From Acanthaster planci (taxonomy: Eukaryota), in assembly GCF_001949145.1 (NCBI RefSeq), contig NW_019091359.1:1872540-1936539 (forward strand): DNA of 64,000 nt, written 5' to 3'. Numbering within the stretch: the first letter of the stretch is position 1; every line of letters begins with the position of its first letter. Positions 62,209-64,000 of this stretch are shown here, piece by piece. The notes under the pieces are model-generated. The model was not told the origin of the DNA, ran no database searches, and saw only the letters and a program-made list of their open reading frames with translations. The translations under genes were made by a program, and so were the position numbers.

Positions 62209-64000
62209 GTAAACACGTCTTTTTTTCTGCCTAATGCAGATGCTTTTTCTTGGGAGCTTAAAAACTTCAGCTCAAGACGTTTCCTTTCACACAATTTACA
62301 CTACTTGAACAGTAGTTTTAACATTGATATCTGTCCATTTATTTCAAAGGCACTGTTACCCGTATGAGTATGTACCTATTCATGGCAAAGAAGAAATGAC
62401 GTTGTTTTGCGATTCTTGCCCAATAATAACAAATTCTGCCAACATGAAATTCATAAATCGATGCAAACAGCTTGCAAAAAATAAACAGTGAATCCGATTC
62501 TTCATGCTGTTTTTCAGTGCAAACATAAGAGTCAGTTTTCCTTAGCCAGGTTCTGATCCATCGTTCTGCATTTCTACTGATTAAAAACTTCCATTCATAG
62601 AATAAATGATCCAATATCACGCTCGGGCACTGGCTGTTTGTTGATGGGTGGGTGCCCTGTGCGTTCGCCTTGCCCAGGTCTAATGCAAGATCAAATGCAC
62701 TGGCCGGCTTCAAGATAAGGACTGGCATGCACCAGTGGTAAGTGCCGGGTGGTGATATACGAGACTTGCCAATGATCCCCGGCGCTAATTGAAGATCTGC
62801 ATGACAGAAGCACGCTTCCCACACACACAAATCCACCATGGTGAATAGAAATTAGAAAATCTCAAATTGTTTGCAAACAGTCATAATAGATGGAGGGGGC
62901 AGTGTGGTTGAATTGGGGAGTCGTGGTTTGGATCTGACTCGCCTTTGAAGATTGCCGCTGTGCTTGCACCAGAAATCAAATTAGGAGGCTCTTTATACTG
63001 AGTCTGTGGGGAATTTGAGTTTTAACATACCTAGTAGAAGAACCTCTGCATAAAAGAAGCATTTAGAGTTAGCTTTTGGTTTATTGTGAGCTTAAACTTC
63101 CTGATTTCATCGCTTTGTGGGATAGGATTGCATTGCTCTCTTTAATAATTTGGAAAAGTCCTCCACTCGAGGGAGACACGAGGGCTTACCTAGGAACCGG
63201 TGTGTAGCAGTAACATATGTACAGCACTACTATGCTAATGTGTGGCGACAAAAATGGTTGCAGCGAAAATCCTCGGTGTCGCATTCACGTCACACCCTCA
63301 GTGCAGCACCTTCTCAAAAAGGAGGGAAGACCTACCCCAAGGGTCACCCCCGTTGTCTTTTGTTCGGCCGTTGAAATTCAATACTCTGGTGCTGCTAATC
63401 TGCGGCTCGAGAAAAAAATTGCAAACAGAGCCGTTTTTTTTTTAAGTGTGTTCGCCATACAACCTTTGTGGATTCTGCTGTATTCAATTCTGTGTTTTCA
63501 TGCTCTCTGCTCTATTGCAATCTGTGTTTTTCATTGCACTTTTGAGATTTCCCTTCAAATGAGGTGGTTGAGGGAAGGATATTTATTTCGACATTAGTCA
63601 CCCGGATGTGAGAGATTGCAAGCCTGTTCAGCGAAGTCTTAATTTTGTTTTTGAATTGTGAAATTACTTTGCTTCAGATTTGACAAGTCTGTTGGTCTAT
63701 TTTGTGAATTTCTCCCTTAGATATTTTTGTAGTACTTAATGCTTGTGTTAAGTTTAATACACTGGAGGTCTTCAAAGTTTTACGTGAACATTTTTAGGGG
63801 TCTGAAATGAAGAACAATAACTATTTCCTACAAAATTTTGTTTTGTATTGAAAAAAAATTGTACATGGCATGCATGTTGTTTTCATTCTATCCCTCAGTG
63901 CCAATAGTTACAATGTACATGTATTGACTGCAAAATAACTGTATGTGTTTAACGATAAATTGAGGTACATGTACATATTGGGGATTGATGTTAGGAAGAG

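Noticed and set aside
54600..64000. Short ORFs in PDZRN3/4 introns
   Set aside because: No domain motifs or convincing splice context other than the two PDZ exons.

Overview
Eukaryotic, intron-rich, repeat-littered DNA from an invertebrate deuterostome (repeat content and gene sequences suggest an echinoderm, possibly a sea star; inference). It holds three main things. (1) A complete 18-coding-exon TBK1/IKK-epsilon family kinase gene on + (ATG 24488 to TGA 40684, 822 aa by my exon assembly, with all catalytic motifs and the activation-loop serine intact). (2) About 20.5 kb upstream, a second, open and spliceable copy of only the first three coding exons (roughly the kinase N-lobe) with its own apparently homologous promoter. 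It is an old paralogous module homogenised in patches, and it could splice in frame onto the shared catalytic exon or yield a short kinase-dead product. (3) The 5' part of a PDZRN3/4 (LNX3/4) RING-PDZ E3 ligase gene on + running off the window end. The remainder contains decayed L2, CR1 and RTE LINEs (one CR1 nested in an RTE), a V-domain-like SINE, several foldback/MITE elements, a twin inverted tRNA-like element, a minimal Penelope-type hammerhead ribozyme motif, exon-like decayed fragments and candidate enhancers. No prokaryotic-type systems, CRISPR arrays or rRNA were seen.
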